64,000 nt of DNA from IMG/VR virus record IMGVR_UViG_3300025009_000068, positions 1-64,000 of that record; one strand, given 5' to 3'. The notes under the pieces were generated by a model, which was given only the letters and a program-made list of their open reading frames with translations, made no database searches and was not told the DNA's origin. The position numbers and the translations under genes are program-made. The stretch is from a virus. This document shows positions 25,753 to 35,608 of this stretch, in pieces (positions within the stretch are counted from its first letter, which is position 1; the number at the start of each line of letters is the position of its first letter).

Positions 25753-27027
25753 CTACCCCTGCCGCAAAACAATCTCCCCGGAAAGCGGAGCACCATTCCC
25801 CATCAAGGACTTCCCCCCGGAAAGCTCGACCAGCTTTCTCAGCAATTCCGAAATCTCTCCAGCCTGCATCATGTCCATGGGAGGATCTTCACGATTAGCC
25901 GTTCTGCAGGGCACGTTTTTCGGGAATCCGCCTTGAAGGGGAGGGGCTTGCCTGTTCCCTGCGCCATAACCGCCTTCGCCATATCCTTCACCGTCGGCAC
26001 TCATGAGGCCCCTGCCCCTTCCAGGCATCATGCCGCCGCCGCCATCCATTATTCCGCCGCCGCCCCCTCCCCCGCCCTTCCACCGCCCCATCTGCTCCAT
26101 GGTCGCAGGATTTGGAACGATCATCCCGTCAGCGGGCGCAACGAACTCTTCCGGCCCGGCTTCACCGACAATATACCGCTCTCCTTCCCGAACCGGCCCG
26201 CCGTATTCCTTGAACAGCCCTGAAATGTTATTCCACATTCCCTGAAGCGACCCGCTCCCGCTCCCCGTGAGCTGATTCAATCCCTGCCCGAGCCCGTACA
26301 TGCTCTGCGCTCCGTATCCGGCCGCCGTATTTCCGAGGCTCGCGTACTGGCTCGCGGCATTTCCGGCGCCGGCCAGTGCCTGACCTTGAGTGTTCATGGC
26401 CATGTTCCCGACGTTACCGCTTGGAGAGGGATAGGCCAGCCCGCGCTTGATCCCGGCTGCCTGGATGCGCCTCCCCCAACTCACCTCATCCGCCTTATCC
26501 CGAGCCGTCGTTCTCGCCCCGGCGGTCATGGCTGATTGCGCGAGGTCCTGCTGTCTTTGCGCGTCGGCAAACCTCCCGGAATTCGGGTTGATGCCATACC
26601 GGCCAAGGGCGCGCCCGGATTGCTCCCGGGTGTTGTCGAAGCCCTGTGCAACATCGGCCGCGGCCTGGCCCATGAGTGTGTCATACTTCGGCTCTTCCTG
26701 CGCCTGCACCATGATCTTGTGCTCCAGCGGAAGCTGGTCGCGCATGTATGCCCTGGCCACTTGCTTTTGCATGGGAAGGTAGGTATTCAAATAGTCTTTC
26801 GAGAGCTGCCTTTGAATGGGAAGCTCGAATTTCTTCCAGTAATCCCATTGCTCCCCGGACTGCTCCATCATTTGCATGATCAGGGCTGCCTGGGCCTCAG
26901 TAAGCTCCTGCGACGCCCCGTACATATCATCGGCCATTCCCATAGCCTTCTTGCCGTTGAGATAGCTGAAAACCGAGCTTCCTATGGTTGCCGCGCCACT
27001 TATTGCTCCACCCCAGTCAAAGGCCAT
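25753..27027 (-). CDS. Putative ejection/pilot protein
   Basis: G/A-rich N-terminus; YGINPNSGRF and GGPV...YIVGEAGPE motifs. Confidence 0.7.
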   Translation of the reverse strand: MAFDWGGAISGAATIGSSVFSYLNGKKAMGMADDMYGASQELTEAQAALIMQMMEQSGEQWDYWKKFELPIQRQLSKDYLNTYLPMQKQVARAYMRDQLPLEHKIMVQAQEEPKYDTLMGQAAADVAQGFDNTREQSGRALGRYGINPNSGRFADAQRQQDLAQSAMTAGARTTARDKADEVSWGRRIQAAGIKRGLAYPSPSGNVGNMAMNTQGQALAGAGNAASQYASLGNTAAGYGAQSMYGLGQGLNQLTGSGSGSLQGMWNNISGLFKEYGGPVREGERYIVGEAGPEEFVAPADGMIVPNPATMEQMGRWKGGGGGGGGIMDGGGGMMPGRGRGLMSADGEGYGEGGYGAGNRQAPPLQGGFPKNVPCRTANREDPPMDMMQAGEISELLRKLVELSGGKSLMGNGAPLSGEIVLRQG

Positions 27028-27093
27028 GAGCTTTCTCCCTTTTTATTCAAATAATGAGTCGGTCCGGTCAAGAATTGTTACCAGAAGGCTTTC

Positions 27094-27975
27094 TTACCAA
27101 GTAGATCCGCCATCACCCTCGTCACCGGCCCCCTGGCTGTTTCCAGCACCTATGCTTCCTTCCCCGAACCCACCCATGTCTCCGCTGAGTCCGCCATATC
27201 CCTCTCCATAACTCCCTCCACCGCCAAACCCGCTCACACCGGCAACGCCGGCCGCCCCGCCAAATCCTTCGCCAAGTCCGTACCCCCCGAGGTCCTCGCC
27301 GGCAATCGCGGGATCGAAACCAAATCCCATCTTATCGGCAAGCATCCCGACCATTCCAAGTATCCCCGAAACAGGGGTTCCTCCGAACACGCCGAAGCCC
27401 ATTGGATCCATTGCGGCAATCGTGCTCGGCTTATCGACGTTGGTTTTATCAAAGTCTTTTTGCTGCGAATATGAAGCGGCTTGGGATAATGCGCCAAAGC
27501 CTCCGAGGTTGGATAAGGCCCCGAACGCCCCCTGAAGCCCTGAATGAATGTCGCCAATAACCCCACCATAATCTTCCGCGCTATGATGCCCCGGAATCCC
27601 GGCATCAAGGTCCCCGTCAAGATCACCGGTTGCACCCGGCCCGGAAAGCCCTCCGCCAACCCCGGCACTAAAAGATAAGGGATCTATTTGCGCCCTACTT
27701 TGAGAAGCCACACCTCCGGAAGTGCCAACTCCACCTCCAGATCCACCTCCAACTCCACCATCAGTACCCACTCCGCTCCACTGAGAAGCAGACCGATTCT
27801 GCACCAGCCCGATCCCGCCAGTCCTTCCGCCACCCCCACCCGCCGCACCACCCGCCGCACCACCCGCCGCACCACCCTGCCCGGTCAGTCCGCCCATGAG
27901 CCCCGGCATTGGAGGAACCTCACTCGTGTACCGATTCATGAAGTCTGCTTGGAGATTCGGAATCGTAGTCGCCAT
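27094..27975 (-). CDS. Gly-rich putative ejection protein
   Basis: Composition and position; 12-bp repeat encoding GAAG x3. Confidence 0.6.
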   Translation of the reverse strand: MATTIPNLQADFMNRYTSEVPPMPGLMGGLTGQGGAAGGAAGGAAGGGGGRTGGIGLVQNRSASQWSGVGTDGGVGGGSGGGVGTSGGVASQSRAQIDPLSFSAGVGGGLSGPGATGDLDGDLDAGIPGHHSAEDYGGVIGDIHSGLQGAFGALSNLGGFGALSQAASYSQQKDFDKTNVDKPSTIAAMDPMGFGVFGGTPVSGILGMVGMLADKMGFGFDPAIAGEDLGGYGLGEGFGGAAGVAGVSGFGGGGSYGEGYGGLSGDMGGFGEGSIGAGNSQGAGDEGDGGSTW

Positions 27976-28029
27976 GAAGGGGAATCCTTTCTTTTGTGGT
28001 GAAACTATAAAATTCAGGTCTCTTGAGCC

Positions 28030-28977
28030 TTATTTAGCATCCGCAGTCTTCATCCCAAATCCGTCAACCTGGATCGTGAATCCAACATCGAGAAGCACGG
28101 CATCGCTTCCGTAAGTGTCGTCGCCATCCAGAGAATCCCGGAAGACCCTGAAAACTATCTTGGACCTGACCAGTATGCCGCTCCCGGAGACGGCGGCGAA
28201 TGCTGCCCGCTCTGGCTGCCATGCGGTTCCGGATGATGAAGAAACGACATCGATAGTCGTTGGAGCCGCGAAAGCCTCTCCGTCATTCTGCCAGGAATAC
28301 TCGAGCTGCCATTTAACATCCCCGGCCCCGGCAACCGCCGGCATCCAGGAAACAAACGGGATGACATCCGACCCTTCCAAATATCTTCCGGGAAGGAGGA
28401 TTTCTCCGTGAAGCTCCTCTAGCGCGCCGGCCCCGTCGAAGCCGACCCCTATGCAGCTCCCGGCCGCAAACACCGGAACGAGCCCGGCCGCTACCGCTGG
28501 TGCTATCGGGCCGGAAAGGGAAAGGCCGGACACGGAAATGTCCTCGAAAGCTACGGCGCCCTCGGAGAGCTCCACGTTCCCTTCCTCGCCAATCATTACC
28601 CCTGGGATCACGTCAACGGCCCCGCTCTCCCTGTTTACGAAGAGGATCTTTCCGGCATTCTCGGTCCCGGTTTCAAACTCAACATCCTCTAAATCCAAGA
28701 TCCTCATCTCGGACAATCTCTTGTCCGTGGATTCCTTGGTGTAATACGTTTCTTCGTGGCCGTGATCGGTTTCGGCTTTCCCAGACAGTGCCTGGTTGAC
28801 GGATTCAAGCGATTCAACAAACTCGGCATAGCTCTGGTACTTTTCACCGGAATCGGAGGCGCGGTCTCCAAACAGGATCTCGGCCCTCTCCTTCAAGGCT
28901 GTGAGGATGCGGCGAACATCGGGATCTATATTGAGCGGGATGTTTCCGATTGATTTTATCTTGGTGATTTTTGCCAT
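28030..28977 (-). CDS. Tail-associated structural protein
   Basis: Follows the nozzle gene; beta-rich C-terminus (GDVKWQLEYSW...DTYGSDAVL). Confidence 0.65.
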   Translation of the reverse strand: MAKITKIKSIGNIPLNIDPDVRRILTALKERAEILFGDRASDSGEKYQSYAEFVESLESVNQALSGKAETDHGHEETYYTKESTDKRLSEMRILDLEDVEFETGTENAGKILFVNRESGAVDVIPGVMIGEEGNVELSEGAVAFEDISVSGLSLSGPIAPAVAAGLVPVFAAGSCIGVGFDGAGALEELHGEILLPGRYLEGSDVIPFVSWMPAVAGAGDVKWQLEYSWQNDGEAFAAPTTIDVVSSSSGTAWQPERAAFAAVSGSGILVRSKIVFRVFRDSLDGDDTYGSDAVLLDVGFTIQVDGFGMKTADAK

Positions 28978-29025
28978 GATTTATCGTTCTTCCCCTTCAT
29001 CACTCCACTCCACTCCACTCCACTC

Positions 29026-31464
29026 CTACCCTCCAACCTGCACAAGCTCCTCGATGCTGGTAGCAAGACGAACTTCATCGACGTCGATATCGCTCACAAT
29101 ACTGATCTTCCCTTTCCTCCCCCGATACTTTCCGGGAAGGCGGAAGGGCGTGTTCGCTGAAACCATCTTCTGATACTTGAGCTTGAGCACGCTCCCGCCA
29201 CGATCTGCCACAAACAGCCTGAAAAGCAACGTCGGGTCATCGGCCATCTCGACCGGAACATCTTTCAGCTTATCATCATTCACGGCCACGTCATTCATAT
29301 CAAAAGCGTCTATGGACCCGCCCACCCCCTCATCACTATCCATGAGCGCCTCATTCGCGGCAATGACGGCATCCCGGTACGCATCATAAGCGGCCCGCTT
29401 CGCCGCCGGCACCGGATCTCCATAGTCTGCAACCACCTTCGCGGCCCCGAAGTTTACGAGCCCAGGAAACTCATGAACCTTACTTGTCCAAGTGCAGAGC
29501 ATGTTTTGCGTCTCGTGGCCGTCGAGCTTCCGGATCACATAATTCCCCGAGATCTTCTGAACCACGTAAAGGAGACCTTCTTCATGGCTCAAGTATCCTG
29601 CAAGGGAATGATCAAGACGAATGAGCGTTCCCTCAGAGATTCCACCTCCAATAAGGAAACCTTCCCCGCTGTCTCCGCTGTCTCCGCTGCCAAGCCCGCC
29701 GGTCCCGCTCTGTATCATGTCAATATACACGGATTTTATCAGGCTCGACCCGATGGCACGCATCCCTATCCCGTGGCTTCCAATCGATCCGGAGATCTCT
29801 CCTTCACCGAAATAGACCTCAATATTATCCGCTCTCCTGGCTTCCTGGTCGGCCATGAAATTCAGATCGAAATCATAATCATGGTATGCCACATAGTTCT
29901 GATTCAAAAAGAACGAAAGCATGGTCTCTGGCTGCATCATGCGCCACTCGCGCTCCCTGAAAATATCATTCGTTGCAACCCTTGCTCCCCCGGGCCCCAC
30001 TACCAGAACCCCGTCAACCGTAGGGAAGAACACCCCGCTTTCCGTTGTCACCATCCCGCGCTTCGAAAGGCACGGCTTCTGAATGGAGTTGTCGTCAAAG
30101 GCCATGGATGCCGGATCGAGACCGGTGTAGAGCAGGGTCTCCTTGTCGGTTCCGATCACGATGGTGTTTCCCGATGACCCGATTGCAACAATGGATGAAT
30201 TGACCGTCTCCCGGTATCCGGACGGCCAAGCGTAGCACTTGTACGGCACGCACAGGCACAGCTCGTTCGAGTTTTCTCCCTGCCTGAATCCGGCCATGCC
30301 TCCTCCTGGAAGGGGGATGATGCCTATCAAGTCTTCGGGCGGAGGAAGGTAAGTGGACGTGGCAAGGACCTCCCCGAGGTCGGCCGACAAGATCACGTCC
30401 CTGTATGTGGTGTCAGCGACGTCGATTTCATCAACAAACTGATAGACCGCTGCCGACGACCCCGTGTTTACCCGATAGATCCTTCGCTTCGTTATGTGAT
30501 GCTCTGCGCTCAGCGCAACGGATTCCTCGGCGTCGTTCTCGTAGGTGTCAACGAACCCCGAAACATCAACATACCGCTGCCATCCAGCTTCGATATCGTC
30601 GTCTTCCAGGTTGTTGGGATCCGGGTCGGACTCAGCCAGGCGGATAATGATGGAAGTCCCGGTCCATGCCCACTCGCCAACACGAAGCTCGCCGGCGACT
30701 CCATTCCGAAGATAAGCCGCCCCCTTCACGGAAACAGATGACGGAATGAGGTCGAGGGACCCGACAAACCGCCACTCATCAGTCCCGCTGGCAGTGGCCG
30801 CCCATAGCCCCGTTGTGGCATTCAGGCTTTCTTTTCTGTCTGTACCGGCCCAATGATCGATTATCCTCGAAGGAGGGGATTCCGCCCCTTCCTCGCCCCA
30901 ACTGTTGACGTTGGTATAGACGTAGGCGATGGATTGTTGCTCATCGGTAACGCGCTCTATTTTCTCGGGCTCTCCTCCAAGGCATATGGCGTGATATCCG
31001 ACAGCCGACATGCCGATCCCGCCCTTAACGGAATTCTTGTCTATCTTGTAGAGCATTTCCCGCTCGACGATGGGGGCCTTGTCCGGGCGCGGGACTCCAA
31101 GCCGGTAGGATGTGAGGCTTGTTGATGCCGCGGTGTGCCCCGTGATCATGGTGGAATCGAAAATGCGGGGAACGTCCATCCCGGTGACGTAGGTTCTATC
31201 GTCCACGTCGGCTAACGGGCTCTTCACCACGTTCACATCGGAAGTCCAATAGAGCCAGTACGGAGCGGAGCCGAATTTGTAAATGGAGAGCGGTGGAGAA
31301 GCAAGGGTGCCAAGGTTCAGGATATCGACATAGTTCCGGAGCGGCATGATCTTCCCGGAGTAAAGCTTGCAGTTCTTCGCATAGGTCGCCTGATTGTTGG
31401 CAAGGTCTTTCGGGGAGAGGCGCGGGACCTCGCCCGAGAATCCCTTGAACACGAGAGTTGCCAT
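29026..31464 (-). CDS. Tail nozzle/tubular protein
   Basis: FKGFSGEVPRL start; YVYTNVNSWGEE, RRIYR, PCLSKRGMV motifs; AAGGAG RBS. Confidence 0.75.
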   Translation of the reverse strand: MATLVFKGFSGEVPRLSPKDLANNQATYAKNCKLYSGKIMPLRNYVDILNLGTLASPPLSIYKFGSAPYWLYWTSDVNVVKSPLADVDDRTYVTGMDVPRIFDSTMITGHTAASTSLTSYRLGVPRPDKAPIVEREMLYKIDKNSVKGGIGMSAVGYHAICLGGEPEKIERVTDEQQSIAYVYTNVNSWGEEGAESPPSRIIDHWAGTDRKESLNATTGLWAATASGTDEWRFVGSLDLIPSSVSVKGAAYLRNGVAGELRVGEWAWTGTSIIIRLAESDPDPNNLEDDDIEAGWQRYVDVSGFVDTYENDAEESVALSAEHHITKRRIYRVNTGSSAAVYQFVDEIDVADTTYRDVILSADLGEVLATSTYLPPPEDLIGIIPLPGGGMAGFRQGENSNELCLCVPYKCYAWPSGYRETVNSSIVAIGSSGNTIVIGTDKETLLYTGLDPASMAFDDNSIQKPCLSKRGMVTTESGVFFPTVDGVLVVGPGGARVATNDIFREREWRMMQPETMLSFFLNQNYVAYHDYDFDLNFMADQEARRADNIEVYFGEGEISGSIGSHGIGMRAIGSSLIKSVYIDMIQSGTGGLGSGDSGDSGEGFLIGGGISEGTLIRLDHSLAGYLSHEEGLLYVVQKISGNYVIRKLDGHETQNMLCTWTSKVHEFPGLVNFGAAKVVADYGDPVPAAKRAAYDAYRDAVIAANEALMDSDEGVGGSIDAFDMNDVAVNDDKLKDVPVEMADDPTLLFRLFVADRGGSVLKLKYQKMVSANTPFRLPGKYRGRKGKISIVSDIDVDEVRLATSIEELVQVGG

Positions 31465-31492
31465 GAAGGTGGGTGCTCCTTCCTTCCAAGGA

Positions 31493-31535
31493 TTGATCCA
31501 GTCAAGAATTGATCCAGTCAAGAATTGATCGATCA
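31493..31535. repeat. 16-bp tandem repeat TTGATCCAGTCAAGAA x2.5, intergenic
   Basis: Directly visible. Confidence 0.75.
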
Positions 31536-31570
31536 AGGATTTATTGCGCTGAACTACCTCTTGCCTCGAG

Positions 31571-32131
31571 CTACTTCTTGATCACCCGAACATAGATGGT
31601 GAATGTCCCAAGGGTAATGGGCGCCCCGGTGTCGTTCCGCAGAATGTAATGAGCGGTGTTGGCCGATTCTATGTAGTAGCTCGGCTTCATGCCCTGAAGA
31701 TCGACGCTTGCCGATGCGATCACGAAATCACCAAGCTCGGCCTCTGCTACTGCAATATCAACTCCGAGCTCGGCACCGCTTGCAATGGCTCCAGGCGTCC
31801 AGGACTTCGTTTCCACTTCAAGGCCCTGCAGGATCGTGTCGAGGTCGGAAGCCGTGAGCCTGCCTTCGATCAATACGCCGGCCGCCCATGCCCTGGCTTC
31901 CGTGCCCTGCTGGCCCCTGGAAACCGTAAAGGTGTTGCTCGTCCTTGCGGTGCATTTCATGATCTCCCTGTTGCCATCCTCGTCTTCCAGGGTGATCCAC
32001 ATGATTTCGCCCGAGCCTATGGCATAGAACTTACTTGCGTCTCCGGACTGGCATTGAAGGCTTGCCGCCGATCTCGTTATGGCGTTCAGAAGGGTGGATA
32101 CCGCAAAGTTTTTGAATCGTGTCTTTGGCAT
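31571..32131 (-). CDS. Short tail fibre/fibre-anchor protein
   Basis: FKNFAVSTL...EIMKCTAR...RGQQGTEARAW N-terminal fibre domain. Confidence 0.7.
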   Translation of the reverse strand: MPKTRFKNFAVSTLLNAITRSAASLQCQSGDASKFYAIGSGEIMWITLEDEDGNREIMKCTARTSNTFTVSRGQQGTEARAWAAGVLIEGRLTASDLDTILQGLEVETKSWTPGAIASGAELGVDIAVAEAELGDFVIASASVDLQGMKPSYYIESANTAHYILRNDTGAPITLGTFTIYVRVIKK

Positions 32132-32223
32132 TGAATGTTGTCCTTTGCTTTGAAGGGAGGGGCAGTAGTGGTTGTGGTGATGGTGTTGATGGTGAAATTA
32201 AAAATGATGGATCATGGTTTTCG

Positions 32224-32901
32224 TTACCACCGCATCATCTTGGCCTGCCTGGATCGCTTGACATGGCCCACATCGACGGTATGTCTCGCCATGGCTACCC
32301 CGTCTTGAAAGATCGTTTCGTAGTACACGGCAAGCTTGATGTCGCTCCAGTCTGCCTTTGGGATTTTCATGAGGCGTGAGATGGCTCCTGCTGCGATGGT
32401 TTCTAGCCAGTCATTGTAAACGACGTCTCCAACCGCCGTGGCAACAGCCGACGGCTTGAGTGCGGCCTCAACCTCGATAATGTCTGCCGTCGCTTCGTCG
32501 GGAGGAACATAAAGCCTGATGGTTCCTTGAGTCTCGACAAGGTATTGCGTGGGTGTCCCGCTCTCCGCTGATTCCCAGTTCGGAAGGAGATGATCGAGGA
32601 CCTCTCTAGCCGCGGCATCTATGTCGTTCCCGTCATACCTTACCTTCGTTGGAACCACGACCTCCGTTCCGGCATCCACGAGAAGCGTGTACGTCGGCTG
32701 ATCCACGACCGAGGTGAGGGGGCCGAGCCAGTCACGCCATATCGTTGACATGCGGCAAAACTCACGACATGCGTTCCTTATGGCATTTAGAGCTATAACC
32801 ACCGGACACCCAGGGACGTGCGGCAAGACTTCCGGAAGGAAGAGATCGAAGGATACCGACCCTATCGGAGTTACTGATGTTCCCGACCCTGTTCCGCCCA
32901 T
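32224..32901 (-). CDS. Head-tail adaptor-like protein
   Basis: FLPEVLPHVPGCP...ACREFC...IAAGAISRLMKIP motif. Confidence 0.7.
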   Translation of the reverse strand: MGGTGSGTSVTPIGSVSFDLFLPEVLPHVPGCPVVIALNAIRNACREFCRMSTIWRDWLGPLTSVVDQPTYTLLVDAGTEVVVPTKVRYDGNDIDAAAREVLDHLLPNWESAESGTPTQYLVETQGTIRLYVPPDEATADIIEVEAALKPSAVATAVGDVVYNDWLETIAAGAISRLMKIPKADWSDIKLAVYYETIFQDGVAMARHTVDVGHVKRSRQAKMMRW

Positions 32902-32944
32902 TTATATACTATCCTCCATCTGCACTGGTTCACATCCTCCCATT

Positions 32945-33541
32945 CTAAGAAACAACCTCGGTATCGGGATTCGGAGCGAAGTTGTACCCGCTCTTCTGCC
33001 GCCACACATAGACCGTTCCCGCGTCCAGGTTGAATGTAATTGTCCCGGTTTGGTCGGTTCTTCCGGATGCGACTACGTTGTTCCCGGCCTCGTCCGTTGA
33101 AATCCATACATCCACGTCTGCGATGGGAGCCCCGGAAACAGAGTTCGTGATGGTGTACGGCCAGGAGATAGCGCCGGACCCGGAGAGGTTTCCTCCGGTC
33201 GCCGCAAGGTTGAGCTTGGCGGCAACTGTCCCGGCTGTCGCACTCACACTCACGGCTGTCGTCAGTAGAGTTTGAGCCGCGAGAGCTACGTCCCCGGTGC
33301 CGATTGGCTTGTATGCTTCATCTGCCGCATCCGTGCCGGCGTAGCAATAGCCGACGTATTCCTTGGAGAGGTCGTATCCGGCATAGGTGTAGACGTACCA
33401 CCCCGATCCCTTCTCGGTCATTGCCGCCGCATTCACGACCACGGAGCCGTCGGAGATATCTCGCAGGGTGATTGTTGGAGACAGTCCCTCTAGGGGGACA
33501 CCGGAACTTGTAAAGTATGCTCGGAAATCGTTGTATGCCAT
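32945..33541 (-). CDS. Virion structural protein with Ig/transthyretin-like segments
   Basis: PIADVDVWI...GRTDQTG...LDAGTVYVWRQKSGYNF. Confidence 0.6.
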   Translation of the reverse strand: MAYNDFRAYFTSSGVPLEGLSPTITLRDISDGSVVVNAAAMTEKGSGWYVYTYAGYDLSKEYVGYCYAGTDAADEAYKPIGTGDVALAAQTLLTTAVSVSATAGTVAAKLNLAATGGNLSGSGAISWPYTITNSVSGAPIADVDVWISTDEAGNNVVASGRTDQTGTITFNLDAGTVYVWRQKSGYNFAPNPDTEVVS

Positions 33542-33571
33542 AGTAGGTGCTTCCCCTCTCTTCCTCTATTT

Positions 33572-34291
33572 CTATTTATCCACTGCGCCAGACAACAAAA
33601 CATCCACCGCTTTTCGCTCTCCGCTATCCCGCAAATGCACTGGCGCCCACATAGCCACACCCGCGCACCCGAGAGCCGTCACTCGCCTGATCTGAGCGGC
33701 CAAGTGCGGCAGCCAGCCGGTCTCGGTAATCCTGTAATCTTTGTGGACTGCAAGCCCGACCATAGTGCGCGACAAGTCCACCTGTGTTCTGTATCGCCGC
33801 AAAAATACCTGCATGGTGATTGGATCGCCCTCCTTAATGTAGAGTTCAGGGCTCACCCAATCGAACAGGTTGTAAAGCAATTTCACCGTCGGCGCATCCG
33901 TGAAGTCATGCAGGCAATATCCCGCCCAGGCGTGGAGCAGCATGTGAGGATATCTCTCCCGGTAGGCCGTGATTGCGGTCTTGATGGCCGTTCGTTGAAC
34001 AGGAGTATACTTTCCAAGGCAGAATTCATCCAGGCTCAGACCGTCCACGGGATGCCCCTCCGTGGCCTCGATCATAGCTGCCAGGAGTGCGCCGTCAGTA
34101 GCCAGGAGGGTCGATACTTCTGGGACTGTGTGCAGGATGATCTTTCCTTTGTCGCGAAAGTGCTGCTTCTGCTCGGGCGTGGCATGAGCGATGCGAGAGC
34201 AGATGATCCCAGGAGAATCCATCTCAAGCTCGGTGCAGTCTGCCGGTAACATCCAGTGAGTCACCGGCCATGAATATGAAAGAATTGGCAT
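33572..34291 (-). CDS. Hypothetical protein, possibly TIM-barrel glycoside-hydrolase-like
   Basis: AAAGGA RBS; DGLSLDEF, PELY, GVAMW motifs. Confidence 0.5.
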   Translation of the reverse strand: MPILSYSWPVTHWMLPADCTELEMDSPGIICSRIAHATPEQKQHFRDKGKIILHTVPEVSTLLATDGALLAAMIEATEGHPVDGLSLDEFCLGKYTPVQRTAIKTAITAYRERYPHMLLHAWAGYCLHDFTDAPTVKLLYNLFDWVSPELYIKEGDPITMQVFLRRYRTQVDLSRTMVGLAVHKDYRITETGWLPHLAAQIRRVTALGCAGVAMWAPVHLRDSGERKAVDVLLSGAVDK

Positions 34292-34304
34292 GGAATATCC
34301 TTTC

Positions 34305-35597
34305 TTAAAACATAATGACCGCATTGAGTAGCCGGTATGTGATCTCCAGCTTGGGGCGATTCGTGGGCGTGGCATCACCCGAAGCATAGAAAATGTATTG
34401 ATCATCCGTCTCTGTATCCATCTTCAATAGCCACCCGTTTCCTAAATCCATGCCGCCCGTAGTATTCGGAGTGATATTGATAATGACTACGCTGCCGACA
34501 GCCTGAGTCGCCGTCACTGACGCAGTTCCAATGTCTGTTTGCTCACAATCGTTAGCACCGAAACCACCTGCTGTTTGCCAGTTATTTGCAGTGGAATATA
34601 CGGTCCATGTCACCTGATTAAATACGACTACTCTTTTTAGGCGAAACAACCTCAATGTCCGGGCATTGCTAGAATAGTCACCCGAAACCGTAAGTTTCAA
34701 TGACGATGACACTATCTTAATGCTTTTAGGAACACCAGAAAGATCAAGTTTTATTGCACTTCTAGCGGCTCCAGATCCGGCATTAATCTCTCCGGCCTGA
34801 ATGCCTCCTTGGTAGTTGCTAGAAACATCGGAATCGCGGAACATCGCTTCATGCAATGTGGAATTGTCGGGCTGTAAGGTGAAGGTAGGATCAACCACCG
34901 GCCTCGACATCCCCGCAAGATCCGGCAAGAGAAACAAGATGTAACTCTGACCATCAACACTCACAAACTGCGACTGGATCTCCCTCACGTCTACCGGATT
35001 GGCGGCGTCATAGGCCACGGGCCTTCGTAGCACCATCACGACTTTCTCGCCGTCGAGGATCTGGTTACCTGAACGAGTCAATCCCTGAATACCAACTGGG
35101 AAGGCGAACTTCCCAGTTGGGGGCACGTAGCCTCCCTTGAGCTCAATGTCCAGTTTCAGATAGTGTCCGGCATGGGTAATACTCATGTCCGCTTCGGGCC
35201 TGGTCCAGGTCATCCGGTTCCCGCTTCGTTGCGCCCCCGACCACGGGACTTTCACCCAATTGGCAGCAGGCTTGACGTAGGGACATCCGATTTCTATGTA
35301 CTTATTCAGATCCCTCGTAGGATGAATCCGCCTCATTCCGTCGTCGGCGATGGTCGTCATGAGCTTCGACTTCGTTACGGCATGTGGTCTTGCACCGTCG
35401 CCCGAGTCTTTCCAATTCGTCTCGATCCGATTCCACTTCCCGGCTTCCTCGTAGGCTATGGGCGCAGAGTGGATCGTCATCTTGCGGAGTCCGCCGCCAA
35501 GATTCTCGGTCTCGGCGAATTCGCCCACAACGTCGGCGGCATGAACCGGCAAGGCGAGAAGCAATATCCAAAATGCTATTCTCAGAAACATGATCAT
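34305..35597 (-). CDS. Signal-peptide protein with C-terminal DNRLRE/CBM96-like domain
   Basis: MIMFLRIAFWILLLALPVHA; VVDPT linker; RSAIKLDLS...VTW...NRPKLEITY. Confidence 0.7.
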   Translation of the reverse strand: MIMFLRIAFWILLLALPVHAADVVGEFAETENLGGGLRKMTIHSAPIAYEEAGKWNRIETNWKDSGDGARPHAVTKSKLMTTIADDGMRRIHPTRDLNKYIEIGCPYVKPAANWVKVPWSGAQRSGNRMTWTRPEADMSITHAGHYLKLDIELKGGYVPPTGKFAFPVGIQGLTRSGNQILDGEKVVMVLRRPVAYDAANPVDVREIQSQFVSVDGQSYILFLLPDLAGMSRPVVDPTFTLQPDNSTLHEAMFRDSDVSSNYQGGIQAGEINAGSGAARSAIKLDLSGVPKSIKIVSSSLKLTVSGDYSSNARTLRLFRLKRVVVFNQVTWTVYSTANNWQTAGGFGANDCEQTDIGTASVTATQAVGSVVIINITPNTTGGMDLGNGWLLKMDTETDDQYIFYASGDATPTNRPKLEITYRLLNAVIMF

Positions 35598-35608
35598 TAT
35601 CTTCTCCC

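Noticed and set aside
29000-29025. CACTC x5 microsatellite as a regulatory element
   Set aside because: Simple slippage repeat with no supporting context
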